From Candidatus Latescibacterota bacterium (lineage in GTDB: Bacteria > Latescibacterota > UBA2968 > UBA8231), in contig OY730476.1 in assembly GCA_963422735.1 (NCBI GenBank), forward strand, positions 896,001-960,000: DNA of 64,000 nucleotides. Direction: 5' to 3'. The notes beneath the pieces are model-generated. The model ran no database searches. It had not been told where the DNA came from and saw only the letters and a list, made by a program, of their open reading frames with translations. Made by a program: the position numbers and the translations under genes. Positions 1-9,544 of this stretch are shown piece after piece; within the stretch, counting starts at the first letter, position 1; every line of letters begins with the position of its first letter.

Positions 1-35
1 ATATTGACGACAACCCTACACAAGACAGAGCATTC

Positions 36-2645
36 ATGGACTACGCGAATTTGTTGCTGGTCTATCTCCACGATCCGGTCGATAAGGCCCTCGACATCCG
101 CAAGCACGAATCCCGCGCTGCCCGCTATGCTTCCCGGGCCCGCGGCTGGGACGCGACCCGCCGAGAAATCAAGCATTCGGCTCAGCTAGCGGACCCACTC
201 GCCGCCATCGCCGACCGCATCCCCATGCCGACCGCGGGCCGCAATGGCGAGCGTGCCATCGGTCCGGAAGACGGGAAGATCGAGGTACGCCATCCGGTGA
301 GCGCACAAGAGTACGTGCTGACCGGACTGGCCCTCGACGAGAACCGCGTACTGGATATTATCGGCTCTATCGTGGACGACCTGCCCGACGATCCGCGCAC
401 GCGCTTTCTCGCACTCTGGCGGCTGCTGCCCGAAAAGCTCGGTCTGCAGTTCGCCCTGCTGCCGGCCGACACCCGCGTCCCCGACCACACTCTGATCCAG
501 CACACGGGCATCACAAGCGGCCTTTGGGCTAGTGATGGAGCGCGCGGCCGCGCGTACCTGTCGCTGTCGCTCGGGCCGGTGCAGACATTCATTGCCGCCG
601 CCCGCAGCGTACGCGACCTGTGGTCGGGAAGCGCCATTCTGTCGTGGCTCGTCTTTCAGGGCATCCGTCCGGTACTCGACAAACTCGGCCCGACTGCGCT
701 CGTCTATCCAGCCTTGCGCGGCAATCCGCTGATGGACCTGTGGCTGCGCGAGCAGAATGGCTTGGAGGACATCGCACCGCTTCCGTCGAAGGAATCGCGC
801 CGGGCACCGTCCATTCCCAACCGCTTTGTCGCGCTCGTACCGTGGGGGACGGACGGCGCGGATGCACACGCCATGGCGGATGATTGTGTAGAGGCGGTCC
901 GTGCGGCTTGGCGGTGCCTCGCGGACGATGTGCGCGGCAGCCTCAACCCGACGTTATCGGGCATCGATCCCGGTTGGGCGCGCCGTTGGCAGGAACAGGT
1001 GGACCGCTTTTTTGAGTTGAGGATAGCTACCCTGCCCGAGCGCGACCTAGACGACAAGACCTTGGCCAAACTGATCGGCGGCGATAACTCGTTTGACGAC
1101 GTGTGGCCGGAGGCCGCCAAGGTGCGCGGGCTGGCCGACGCGATTCCATCGGCCGAGCGTCCCGGTTACGACCAATGCTCGGCCGGGCGCTGGCAGGCCC
1201 AGCTTGAAGCCTCAGCGCGGCTGATGGAAGCGCAGCGCTCCATTCGCCATGTCCCAAACACCCTGCAAGCCGCGTCGGGCGAACCTTCACCACCCAAGTG
1301 CAGCCTGCTCGGCTCCTATGAGCAAATGGGGCCGGCGGCTCTCGACGATTCGCGCGGCTTCTGGGAAGAGGCTGCTGCGAAACTTTCTGTAGAAGGCGTT
1401 CGACTGCGCACTGGTGAGCGCTTTTCCGCGGTCGCATTGTGCAAGCGGTTTGCGGCTCCGGCGACACTCGCCAAAGAGCTTCACCTCACACCGTCCGACT
1501 TGCGGTTCCCTGACACCGCGACCGTCGCCGCCGCGGAATGGTTGCACGACGCGGGTATCAACGCGAACGCGGTCCGGCGTGAACACGGCGACTGGAACGG
1601 ACGCTGGCTTCACCAAAAACGGCGGGATGACGTGGAGAAGGGCGACAAGTACCCGCCGGAGGTGGTTTGGGAGAAGATCAACGCGGCACGGAAGAAGAAT
1701 TCGCCTCCCTCCTACTACGCCGTCCTGGCCATGGATGCGGACCACATGGGCCACTGGCTCAAGGGCGACCACGCCCCCAAGGTGCGCGAGGTGCTGCACC
1801 CGAAGATGGTCGATTACTATGAGCAGGTTAACAGTGAGAAGGCCAGGGAGGGCCTTGATGCGAAGCGACCGGTCGGGCCGGCCCTGCACGCCTCCATCAG
1901 CGAAGCCCTCAACAATTTTGCCAGTCACGTTGCCCCCGGTATTGTGGAAGAGCACAAGGGCACGATGATCTACTCGGGCGGTGACGACGTCCTAGCCTTG
2001 CTGCCGGCGCGTCGAGCGGTCAATTGCGCGGCTGCCCTGCGCCGTGCGTTTCGCGGTGAGGACGGATCTGTACCCGGCTGGACGGAGAGAGACGGCCGCC
2101 AACTTCTGGTGATGGGCAATCGGGCCACCCTGTCCGCGGGTATTGCCGTCGTCCACTTCATGGAGGATCTGCGGTTGGCCTTGGGCGCTGCGCGCGACGC
2201 AGAGAAGGCGGCCAAGAACTCCGGACGGAACTGGCTGACGTTGCGCTTCATGCGCCGTTCCGGAGAGCATTCCGAGGCCGGTCTGTCGTGGGCGCTGGCA
2301 CAGTGGTTCCGAGAGTTGATCGCGATCTTCGCCGGCGGAGCTACGGACCGTTGGGCCTATCGGCTGCGTCAGGAACTACCGACCTTGCAAGCCCACGGCC
2401 TTCCCGAAGCGGCTGTGAGCGCCGAGATACGCCGTCTCGTGGACAGGACGATGGACGGTGCCGCATCGGATTCAAGCGGCCCGTCGGGTAAAGACGCGGA
2501 GCAGTGGTGGCGGGACTTTTCCGGCGCCGTTCTCCGGCATTCGAGGGAGAGCCAACGGGAGATCCCTACCCAGGCAAAGCGTCTTGAGACGTTCACCCTT
2601 TTGTGTCAAGGGGCGTCGTTCGTAGCGCGAGGTCACGATGGCTGA
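36..2645 (+). CDS. cas10: Type III-B Cas10/Cmr2 (869 aa)
   Basis: N-terminal LHDPxDK, PADTRVPDH, GPVQTFIAAARSVRDLWSGS, palm motifs MDADHMG and YSGGDDVLA, LSAGIAVVH; first gene of a cmr operon. Confidence 0.96.
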   Translation: MDYANLLLVYLHDPVDKALDIRKHESRAARYASRARGWDATRREIKHSAQLADPLAAIADRIPMPTAGRNGERAIGPEDGKIEVRHPVSAQEYVLTGLALDENRVLDIIGSIVDDLPDDPRTRFLALWRLLPEKLGLQFALLPADTRVPDHTLIQHTGITSGLWASDGARGRAYLSLSLGPVQTFIAAARSVRDLWSGSAILSWLVFQGIRPVLDKLGPTALVYPALRGNPLMDLWLREQNGLEDIAPLPSKESRRAPSIPNRFVALVPWGTDGADAHAMADDCVEAVRAAWRCLADDVRGSLNPTLSGIDPGWARRWQEQVDRFFELRIATLPERDLDDKTLAKLIGGDNSFDDVWPEAAKVRGLADAIPSAERPGYDQCSAGRWQAQLEASARLMEAQRSIRHVPNTLQAASGEPSPPKCSLLGSYEQMGPAALDDSRGFWEEAAAKLSVEGVRLRTGERFSAVALCKRFAAPATLAKELHLTPSDLRFPDTATVAAAEWLHDAGINANAVRREHGDWNGRWLHQKRRDDVEKGDKYPPEVVWEKINAARKKNSPPSYYAVLAMDADHMGHWLKGDHAPKVREVLHPKMVDYYEQVNSEKAREGLDAKRPVGPALHASISEALNNFASHVAPGIVEEHKGTMIYSGGDDVLALLPARRAVNCAAALRRAFRGEDGSVPGWTERDGRQLLVMGNRATLSAGIAVVHFMEDLRLALGAARDAEKAAKNSGRNWLTLRFMRRSGEHSEAGLSWALAQWFRELIAIFAGGATDRWAYRLRQELPTLQAHGLPEAAVSAEIRRLVDRTMDGAASDSSGPSGKDAEQWWRDFSGAVLRHSRESQREIPTQAKRLETFTLLCQGASFVARGHDG

Positions 2646-3720
2646 CGGTGATACTTTGCTCCGGCTGGAGATTGAGCCCGTCGATACGCTGTTCTTCCGC
2701 GACGCGCGGCCGTTTGAAGCGGCCAGCCGCGGAGCATCGGGTTTGCCCATGCCGCAGACCCTGACCGGTGCCGTGCGCAGCCTGCTACTGGAGCGGCACG
2801 GGGTGGATTTTAGGCGGCTGGGAGAACAGATGAAGAACGGGGCATCCTTTGCCCAAGCACTCGCCGAGTTCGGCCCTGAAGCCAGGGCTGTGGCTGACGT
2901 GCGGGTACGCGGCCCTTATTTCACGCTGTGCGGTGAGGTGCTGGTTCCAGCTCCGGCCAGCCTGAGACGAGAGAAGAAAACCGGAAAGCTCGTGCGAATC
3001 GACCCGCTCAAAACCCCACTGCCCGGTTGGCGACCAGAAGCTCAGGAGATGCGGCCGCTGTGGCGGCGTGGCCGGGAAGCCGTTGAAGCGGCGGATGGGT
3101 TCCTCAAGCCATCGGGCCTGCGCTGCTTCCTCAACGGAGACGTGCCGGACCCGGACGCATTGGTGCCACAAAAAGAAGTCTATGAATTTGACGACCGCAC
3201 CGGCATCGGCATTGACCCTAAGAGCAACGCCGCGGCCGAAAGTCTCATCTATGCCGTCAGTATGCTGGTGCTACGACCCAAAGCCGGCCTTTACGCCGAG
3301 GTGCGCGGCCCAGTTGACGCCTTGACCCCGCTTATTAAAACGAAAGACGAGCCGATCCTCATGCGCTTGGGCGGCGAAGGCCGGCATGTCGTCGTCCGCT
3401 CCAACGGTCAAGGCGCGGACTGGCCGGCGATTCCGCCCGTCTCGAACACGGGCCGGCTAGTGCTCCTGACCACGCCGGCCTATTTCAACGGCTGGAAACC
3501 GCCGGCATTCGAGCCGGTCGCCGCGGCTGTCGGCAACGGTCAAGCTGTCTCCGGCTGGGACTTGGCCCAAGGCGGCCCCAAGCCCAATCGCTTCATGGTG
3601 CCGGCCGGATCGGTCTATTTCTTGCAACCAAACGCCCCAAGCCCAGCCGAATTGGTCGCTGACGAAGACGCGAGCGTCGGCTGGGGCTGCTTTCTGGAGG
3701 GAAACTGGAACTATGTCTGA
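2638..3720 (+). CDS. cmr3: Cmr3 (Cas5-family RAMP)
   Basis: EPVDTLFFRDARPF, PMPQTLTGAVR, RLGGEGR, GWDLAQGGPKP..VPAGSVYF; overlaps cas10 stop. Confidence 0.95.
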   Translation: MADGDTLLRLEIEPVDTLFFRDARPFEAASRGASGLPMPQTLTGAVRSLLLERHGVDFRRLGEQMKNGASFAQALAEFGPEARAVADVRVRGPYFTLCGEVLVPAPASLRREKKTGKLVRIDPLKTPLPGWRPEAQEMRPLWRRGREAVEAADGFLKPSGLRCFLNGDVPDPDALVPQKEVYEFDDRTGIGIDPKSNAAAESLIYAVSMLVLRPKAGLYAEVRGPVDALTPLIKTKDEPILMRLGGEGRHVVVRSNGQGADWPAIPPVSNTGRLVLLTTPAYFNGWKPPAFEPVAAAVGNGQAVSGWDLAQGGPKPNRFMVPAGSVYFLQPNAPSPAELVADEDASVGWGCFLEGNWNYV

Positions 3721-4612
3721 CAAAACCTTGCTGTTCATTCACGCCCTGACCGGACTCCATCCCGGCAGCGGCACCGCCCTCGGCGTGGTCGATCTGCCGG
3801 TGCAGCGCGAGCGCCACACCGACTGGCCGACCATCCCCGGCTCGTCGCTCAAGGGCGTGATGCGGGCCGAATGCGCGAAGAATAACGAACAGAATGAAGA
3901 TGTCTTAACGGCATTCGGGTCAGCGACCAGTGCTGCGTCTAACCACGCCGGCCACGCCGGCGCGGTCGCTTTTTCAGACGCACGTATTCTCGCTTTCCCG
4001 GTGCGCTCACTGACCGGGGTGTTTGCTTGGGTGACGTGTCGCGACGTGTTGGACCGGTTTTCACGCGATCTCGGGCTTATCGGCGAAAACGACTTCCCGG
4101 CGGTTCCCGCGGTCGAGAAAGACAAAGCCGCCTGTGTCGAGCACAGCCCGCTGCTGGCGCACGACGGGTGCCTGATGTTGGAAGAGTTCGAGTTCTCGCG
4201 TGGTGGAGACGCACAGGAAATTGCGGACTGGATCGCAGCGCGGGCCGTGGAAGACGCCGGCACGGAAGACAGGCTGCGCTCGCATCTGGCCGTCCTCCAC
4301 AACGACGATTTCAACCACTTCGTCCGCAATGCCACCGAGGTGGTAGCTCGCGTCGGGCTTGACTCCGCAACAAAGACCGTGCGCACGGGCGCACTCTTCT
4401 ACGAGGAATACCTGCCGGCCGAGACCCTCTTTTACTCGCTGGTGATGTGCAGTGATAGCCGGCGCGAGCCACACACTAAGAGCGCGGCGGAGATTCTCGC
4501 ATGGCTGCGCCACATAGCACCCAAGTCTCTGCAAATCGGCGGCGGCGAGACGGTCGGCAAGGGCTTTTGCGCGGTTCGCTTTGACGGCACGGCAAGGGAG
4601 ACAGCGCGATGA
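3713..4612 (+). CDS. cmr4: Cmr4 (Cas7 backbone RNase)
   Basis: LHPGSG..VVDLPVQRE (catalytic Asp present), PGSSLKG, LFYEEYLPAE, LQIGGGETVGKG. Confidence 0.96.
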   Translation: MSDKTLLFIHALTGLHPGSGTALGVVDLPVQRERHTDWPTIPGSSLKGVMRAECAKNNEQNEDVLTAFGSATSAASNHAGHAGAVAFSDARILAFPVRSLTGVFAWVTCRDVLDRFSRDLGLIGENDFPAVPAVEKDKAACVEHSPLLAHDGCLMLEEFEFSRGGDAQEIADWIAARAVEDAGTEDRLRSHLAVLHNDDFNHFVRNATEVVARVGLDSATKTVRTGALFYEEYLPAETLFYSLVMCSDSRREPHTKSAAEILAWLRHIAPKSLQIGGGETVGKGFCAVRFDGTARETAR

Positions 4613-5022
4613 GCGACAACCGGCCCACCCTTGACCAACGTCGTGCGCAACACGCTTGGCAAGCCGTTGAACGCGCCCGCAACCTAAAGGATTCCAACGA
4701 CTTTGCCCGCGAGGCCAAACGTTTACCGATTCGCATCAAAACCGCCGGCCTAGGGCAGGCCCTCGCCTTCCTCCACGCCAAGGGGAAGGACGGCGAAGAC
4801 CATCGCAGTCAGTTGCTAAAGGAACTAGGCGATTGGATCCTGAAGGAGCGCAAATTGGCGGCTCACTCGCCGTGCAAGGACGCCCTGCTGCAAGCCATCA
4901 TCAACGGCAACGCCAACCTACTGCGCCGCGCCACCGAAGAAGCCCTGCTCTACTTGCAATGGCTGACCCGGTTCAGCGAGGCCGAACTCGGGACTGGAGA
5001 GGATGTGAGCGATGGCTCGTAG
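4609..5022 (+). CDS. cmr5: Cmr5 (Cas11 small subunit)
   Basis: TLDQRRAQHAW, LPIRIKTAGLGQALAFL, LQWLTRFSEA; ATGA overlap with cmr4. Confidence 0.93.
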   Translation: MSDNRPTLDQRRAQHAWQAVERARNLKDSNDFAREAKRLPIRIKTAGLGQALAFLHAKGKDGEDHRSQLLKELGDWILKERKLAAHSPCKDALLQAIINGNANLLRRATEEALLYLQWLTRFSEAELGTGEDVSDGS

Positions 5023-7327
5023 CTCCAGCCGTCCCCAACGCCGGGCGCATACCATGCCAGCCCCCAGAGCCGACCAACTTCTCGCAGGGCCGATTCTGCC
5101 CCAGCCCACGCGCAAGCTGATCGAGAAGGTTCGGGTCGAGTGTCGCCATGCCGGTCTGCAACTCGACAAGCTGTCGCCTGTAGGTGATGGTACGATGGAG
5201 GACCAGAAAGATGCCCTAGTCAAGGTACGCCAAACGCTCCGGGACGAGCCGCTGCTCAAAAACCTCCTCGATCGCCGCCGCGCCATGCTCCATTCGCTCG
5301 GTGCAGCGCGTCTCCCAATGACCACACGCGGCCCCTTGACCCTGCACCTGTCTCGGTCAGGCGCGTTAGAGAACGCCGGCATTGCCCTGCACCCCGTCTA
5401 TGGCTTCGTGTATTTGCCCGGCAGCGGCATCAAGGGTTTGATCCGCGCCTATGCCGAGACCGTGTGGGCGGCGGCTCAGCCCAACGAAGAGCAGGCGTGG
5501 CGGCGGATCGAAGAAGCCTTCGGCTGGAGCCCCGGGTCGGAGCGTCATAAGAAGGATTGGCGGCCGGGCGAAATAGAACCACAGCAAGACGCCGCGGCCG
5601 GCCGGCTAGTGTTTCACGACGCTTGGCCGACCCGCTGGCCCCGCCTGATCCTCGACGTCGTCAACAACCACCACGTCAAGTACTACGCGGGCGAAGACGA
5701 CCCCGGCGACTGGGAAGACCCGACCTTGGTCTATTTTCTCGCCCTTAACGGAGGCGAGAAGTTCGAGTTCGCAATCTCCGACCGTAAGCCGAACGATGAC
5801 GGCCTGCTGAAATTGGCAAGCGGCTGGCTAAAAGACGCGCTGACTGCCGAGGGTGCTGGCGCCAAGACCGCAGCCGGCTATGGCCGCTTCAAGCCGGCTG
5901 AAGGCCAAACTTCCGGGACACTCTCGCCCGATTTCACCAAGGCCGGTTTTGCCAGCGCGAGCTTTGACTTGAAGCTCGCCACCCCAGCCTTTCTCGCCGG
6001 TGCCGATCAGAAACGAGAGGACTGCGACCTGCGCCCGGCCACCCTGCGCGGCCTGCTGCGCTGGTGGTGGCGCACTATGCACGCGGCCCATCTCGACCGG
6101 GATTCGCTGAAGAAGCTGGAGACTGCGGTGTGGGGCGACGCGGAAGCGGGTAGCCCGATGCGGATTGCGGTGGACAATGTCAAAGTTGGAGAGCCAGAGC
6201 AGTACAATAAGAACGATCCACAATTCCAGTCCTTGCCGAGACCATCGCACGGGCAGCAAGTCACTCAGGGCTTATTCTACGCTTCTTACGGCATGGCAGA
6301 ACGCCACAAGCGTTGGTTTTGTCCTGACAGATCGCTTTGGCGCATAACCCTGACGGCCCGGCGCGGTTATTTCCAAAAAAATAAAAAAGACCCTGCTATC
6401 CTCCTTCCGCCCGACCAACTCTTGGAACAGGCCGCGGCGACCCTGTGGCTGCTGTGTCGCTTTGGTGGCGCAGGCTCGCGGTCGCGCAAGGGCTTTGGGT
6501 CCTTTGACGATATTGAGGTTGAGGGCATCGGATCGAAAGAGGACTGCATCGCATCGGCAAAGCGGTTGCGACAGCATTGCAAACTAGATGGACAACAAAG
6601 TCAGCCTGTCAAAGCACCCTCTTTAGAGGAGGCTCTGATTCTGGAACAGCGCACAGAGTGGACCAACTCTTGGTATGCGCTTGATCAAACCGGAATGGTA
6701 CTCCAACGGTTCGCCAAATCAATGAACGCCGAAGACCGGATTCCGCTCGGCCTGCCGCGCCGAGTGGGTCGAAGCCCCGATGCACGGAATCTCAAGGCTA
6801 AAAAAGGAGAGCGGTACGCCTCCCCGGCCCTTTGGAGCCTCGCGACGTGCAAAGACGGGACCCTGCTGGTCCGTCTGATCGCGTTCCCCGCTGCCTACCT
6901 GCCCGACAAGCACACCAGCAAGGCGACGCTCCAGAAACTCATTGCGTCTGCGCGGCAGGAATTGAGACAGCAAGCCCAGCAGTCCTCGCGCACAGGCGGG
7001 CGAGGCCGCGGACCGTCAGGCCCCAGAGCAGATCTCCCGAAAGCAAATGAGCGCGTCCAAGCTGAACTCTTAGAGGAGAAGACGAAGAAAGGCGGCTGGA
7101 AGGCCAAACACGTGGACAGCGGTTTACAAGGCCCGATACAAGACCCTCAGAATACGCCCGCCGACGCCGAGCCGGGCCAGTGCGTCGAACTTACGGTCGC
7201 CTATGTACGCGAGAAGGAAATGGGGTTCAAATGGGCCGCACCGCCGCCCAAAAAGAAAGTACCCGCCCAAGGCGGCGGTCGGAGACAGGGCGGCAACCCA
7301 AACTCCCGCTTGGGGAGACAACCATGA
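5012..7327 (+). CDS. cmr6: Cmr6-Cmr1 fusion with an extra C-terminal beta-rich domain (771 aa)
   Basis: Cmr6 motifs (LHPVYGFVYLPGSGIKG, FHDAWP, DVVNNHH, GAGAKTAAGYG) followed in frame by Cmr1 motifs (LATPAFLAGA, LRPATLRGLLRWWWR, FGGAGSRSRKGFG, RYASP). Confidence 0.9.
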   Translation: MARSSSRPQRRAHTMPAPRADQLLAGPILPQPTRKLIEKVRVECRHAGLQLDKLSPVGDGTMEDQKDALVKVRQTLRDEPLLKNLLDRRRAMLHSLGAARLPMTTRGPLTLHLSRSGALENAGIALHPVYGFVYLPGSGIKGLIRAYAETVWAAAQPNEEQAWRRIEEAFGWSPGSERHKKDWRPGEIEPQQDAAAGRLVFHDAWPTRWPRLILDVVNNHHVKYYAGEDDPGDWEDPTLVYFLALNGGEKFEFAISDRKPNDDGLLKLASGWLKDALTAEGAGAKTAAGYGRFKPAEGQTSGTLSPDFTKAGFASASFDLKLATPAFLAGADQKREDCDLRPATLRGLLRWWWRTMHAAHLDRDSLKKLETAVWGDAEAGSPMRIAVDNVKVGEPEQYNKNDPQFQSLPRPSHGQQVTQGLFYASYGMAERHKRWFCPDRSLWRITLTARRGYFQKNKKDPAILLPPDQLLEQAAATLWLLCRFGGAGSRSRKGFGSFDDIEVEGIGSKEDCIASAKRLRQHCKLDGQQSQPVKAPSLEEALILEQRTEWTNSWYALDQTGMVLQRFAKSMNAEDRIPLGLPRRVGRSPDARNLKAKKGERYASPALWSLATCKDGTLLVRLIAFPAAYLPDKHTSKATLQKLIASARQELRQQAQQSSRTGGRGRGPSGPRADLPKANERVQAELLEEKTKKGGWKAKHVDSGLQGPIQDPQNTPADAEPGQCVELTVAYVREKEMGFKWAAPPPKKKVPAQGGGRRQGGNPNSRLGRQP

Positions 7328-7392
7328 CATCCCCCAACAGCGACCACAAGTCCCTCGTCCGCCCGTCGGCACCAGCGATATTGAAAACCCGC
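7324..7392 (+). pseudogene. Frameshifted 5' relic of a CARF-protein gene
   Basis: ATG overlaps cmr6 stop (ATGA); reads MTSPNSDHKSLV-[1-nt deletion]-VGTSDIEN, versus MTSTNTSKKALVLTVGTGNVND at 8202. Confidence 0.6.
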
Positions 7393-7455
7393 TTAACCCA
7401 ATGCCTAGAGACCCCCTTCTCTGCATCATTGGAAATGCGATTGGAGGATGCCACT

Positions 7456-8205
7456 ATGGAGGTTGCACACTCATTTGCCGATGAACAAAAAAGAACCCCG
7501 AATGCTCCAACCGGCGAGCAAGGCTCGTCCGCTGCGGCTACTCTGCCGCCCCCATTGGAAAACGGCGATCGGCTCACGCGGGAGGAGTTTGAGCGACGCT
7601 ATGAGGCCATGCCCGACGTAAAGAAGGCAGAACTGATCAATGGAGTCGTATATATGGGTTCACCTGTTCGCTTTCGTGGTCATGGCAGACCGCACGTTCT
7701 ACTGCTCACTTGGCTAGGGATGTATAGTGCGCTCACGCCCGGGGTTCTTTGTGCGGATAACACCACAGTTCGCCTCGGGGCAGATAGCGAGCCGCAACCG
7801 GATGTCTTGCTGCGCCTAGAGCCAGAAACGGGTGGAAATTCGCGGATTAGTGCAGACGATTATGTGGAAGGCGCACCAGAGTTGTTGGCCGAAATCGCGG
7901 CTAGTAGTGCCTCGTACGATATGCACGATAAAATGGACGTCTATCGCCGCAGCGGAGTACAGGAATATCTCGTCTGGCGCGTGTACGACGAGCAGATTGA
8001 CTGGTTCGCTCTTCGTGACGGTGTGTACATCCGTCTGAGGCCCGATGAGTCTGGCGCGATTTCCAGTCGGGTATTTCCGGGGCTGCGGTTGTCCCTGTCC
8101 GCATTGTTGATGGGCAATGCGGCTCAGGTCGTGGCCGAGTTGCAGAAAGGACTGGGGACGGCCGAGCACACCGCGTTTGTCACCCGCCTCGGAGAACATA
8201 GATGA
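7456..8205 (+). CDS. Uma2/DUF820-family PD-(D/E)XK nuclease
   Basis: LENGDRLTREEFERRY, KAELINGVVYM, EPQPDVLL, GAPELLAEIAASS, KMDVYRRSGVQEYLVW; GGAGG RBS at 7443; frame is also open from 7324. Confidence 0.88.
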   Translation: MEVAHSFADEQKRTPNAPTGEQGSSAAATLPPPLENGDRLTREEFERRYEAMPDVKKAELINGVVYMGSPVRFRGHGRPHVLLLTWLGMYSALTPGVLCADNTTVRLGADSEPQPDVLLRLEPETGGNSRISADDYVEGAPELLAEIAASSASYDMHDKMDVYRRSGVQEYLVWRVYDEQIDWFALRDGVYIRLRPDESGAISSRVFPGLRLSLSALLMGNAAQVVAELQKGLGTAEHTAFVTRLGEHR

Positions 8206-9533
8206 CCAGTACCAATACCAGCAAAAAAGCACTAGTGCTGACTGTCGGCACGGGTAACGTCAATGACGTCGAGCGGACCTTGCTCGGGCCTATGCTTTTG
8301 AGCATTCGGGACGGCAAATGGGAGCGGATCGTCCTGCTTCCCTCTCACGAGACGCAAGAGGCTGCACAAGTCCTGTCCAAACGACTACAAGAAGAAAGCT
8401 ATTCCAACACCGCCATTGAGACGCTCCCTAAGCAGGGGCAGGAAAACGACGCCGATGCCTGTTTCGGGCATTTTGATTCCGCGTTGGCCCGGCTCGTCAA
8501 AAAGGGCTTTAAGCCGAACGATATTGTCGTGGACTTCACCCGGGGGACCAAGGCGATGAGCGCGGCCTTGGTGCTGGCGGCGATCGGCCGCGACATTCCG
8601 ATCCTGCGCTACGTTCACAGCGAGCAGTGCGGCGACGATCGCGGCATGGTCATCCCCGGCACCGAGAAGATCGGCGAGATCCAGACGACCTTGGCGACCG
8701 CACGCCGCCGCCTCGATCAGGCGAAAAATTTTACGCGCCAAGGCGACTTTGGCGCGGCCGTCGAACTGCTGCCCGATCTCGATGGACCTCTCGCCGGATT
8801 GTTTCCAGAGAAGTTGCGTACAGAAGCCCAAGCCCTGCGTGCAGCAGCGCGAATCTACGCTGCTTGGAATCGGCTCAACTACAAAACGGCACTCAAAGAG
8901 ATGAAGCAGCTTGGACCGACAGCAGCCAAGGCGGGCGAGTTCGCTCCCACGCCAGCAATGCGTACATGGCTCACGCGGCTGGCGAAAAAACCCGACCAAG
9001 CTAACCACACGGCGATGGCGGCGTATCTGCGGGCACTAGCCTGCGATCTGCTGGCCAACGCGGAACGGCGTCTTCGCGACGGGCATTTTGAGGACGCCCT
9101 GATTCGCGCTTACCGGGTGCTGGAACTGATCGGGCAGATCCGACTGTTCGACCAGGGCTACGACAGTGCCGCCCTGCCGTCGGATGATAAAACGATTGAG
9201 GCACTGCGCAAGAAACTGCGCAAGAAGAAGAGCAACAACTTCAGTACAGACGGAAAAACGGGGAAGTTGCAAGCACCCCGCGATTTGACCGCTCGGCTAC
9301 TGAACGATCTCGGCGACCCTCTCGCCAAACGATTGCTCAATTTCGCCGAGCAAGGCAAAGTTAAAACCAAAAGCCGCAACCACAGCATCCTGATCCACGG
9401 CTTTGCGGCCACCGCGCCAGCAGAAAAAGACCCTTTATGCGAGGTTTTGGCCAACCTCGAAAGCCTGCTGAACGAGGATGATCCAAAGGCCGGCGAGCGG
9501 CTAAAGGTGGCCAGAAGCTTGTCGTTTTCCTAA
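8202..9533 (+). CDS. CARF-HEPN cOA-activated ribonuclease (TIGR02710/Csm6-like effector)
   Basis: CARF LVLTVGTG and VDFTRGTKAMS; helical DLLANAERR..DALIRAYRVLE; HEPN-like RNHSILIHG. Confidence 0.88.
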   Translation: MTSTNTSKKALVLTVGTGNVNDVERTLLGPMLLSIRDGKWERIVLLPSHETQEAAQVLSKRLQEESYSNTAIETLPKQGQENDADACFGHFDSALARLVKKGFKPNDIVVDFTRGTKAMSAALVLAAIGRDIPILRYVHSEQCGDDRGMVIPGTEKIGEIQTTLATARRRLDQAKNFTRQGDFGAAVELLPDLDGPLAGLFPEKLRTEAQALRAAARIYAAWNRLNYKTALKEMKQLGPTAAKAGEFAPTPAMRTWLTRLAKKPDQANHTAMAAYLRALACDLLANAERRLRDGHFEDALIRAYRVLELIGQIRLFDQGYDSAALPSDDKTIEALRKKLRKKKSNNFSTDGKTGKLQAPRDLTARLLNDLGDPLAKRLLNFAEQGKVKTKSRNHSILIHGFAATAPAEKDPLCEVLANLESLLNEDDPKAGERLKVARSLSFS

Positions 9534-9544
9534 GGAGCAGCGTC

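Noticed and set aside
7180-7455. Long N-terminal extension of Uma2 (341-aa ORF)
   Set aside because: Overlaps cmr6 and the CARF relic; the RBS points to 7456, although a coupled start at 7324 cannot be excluded
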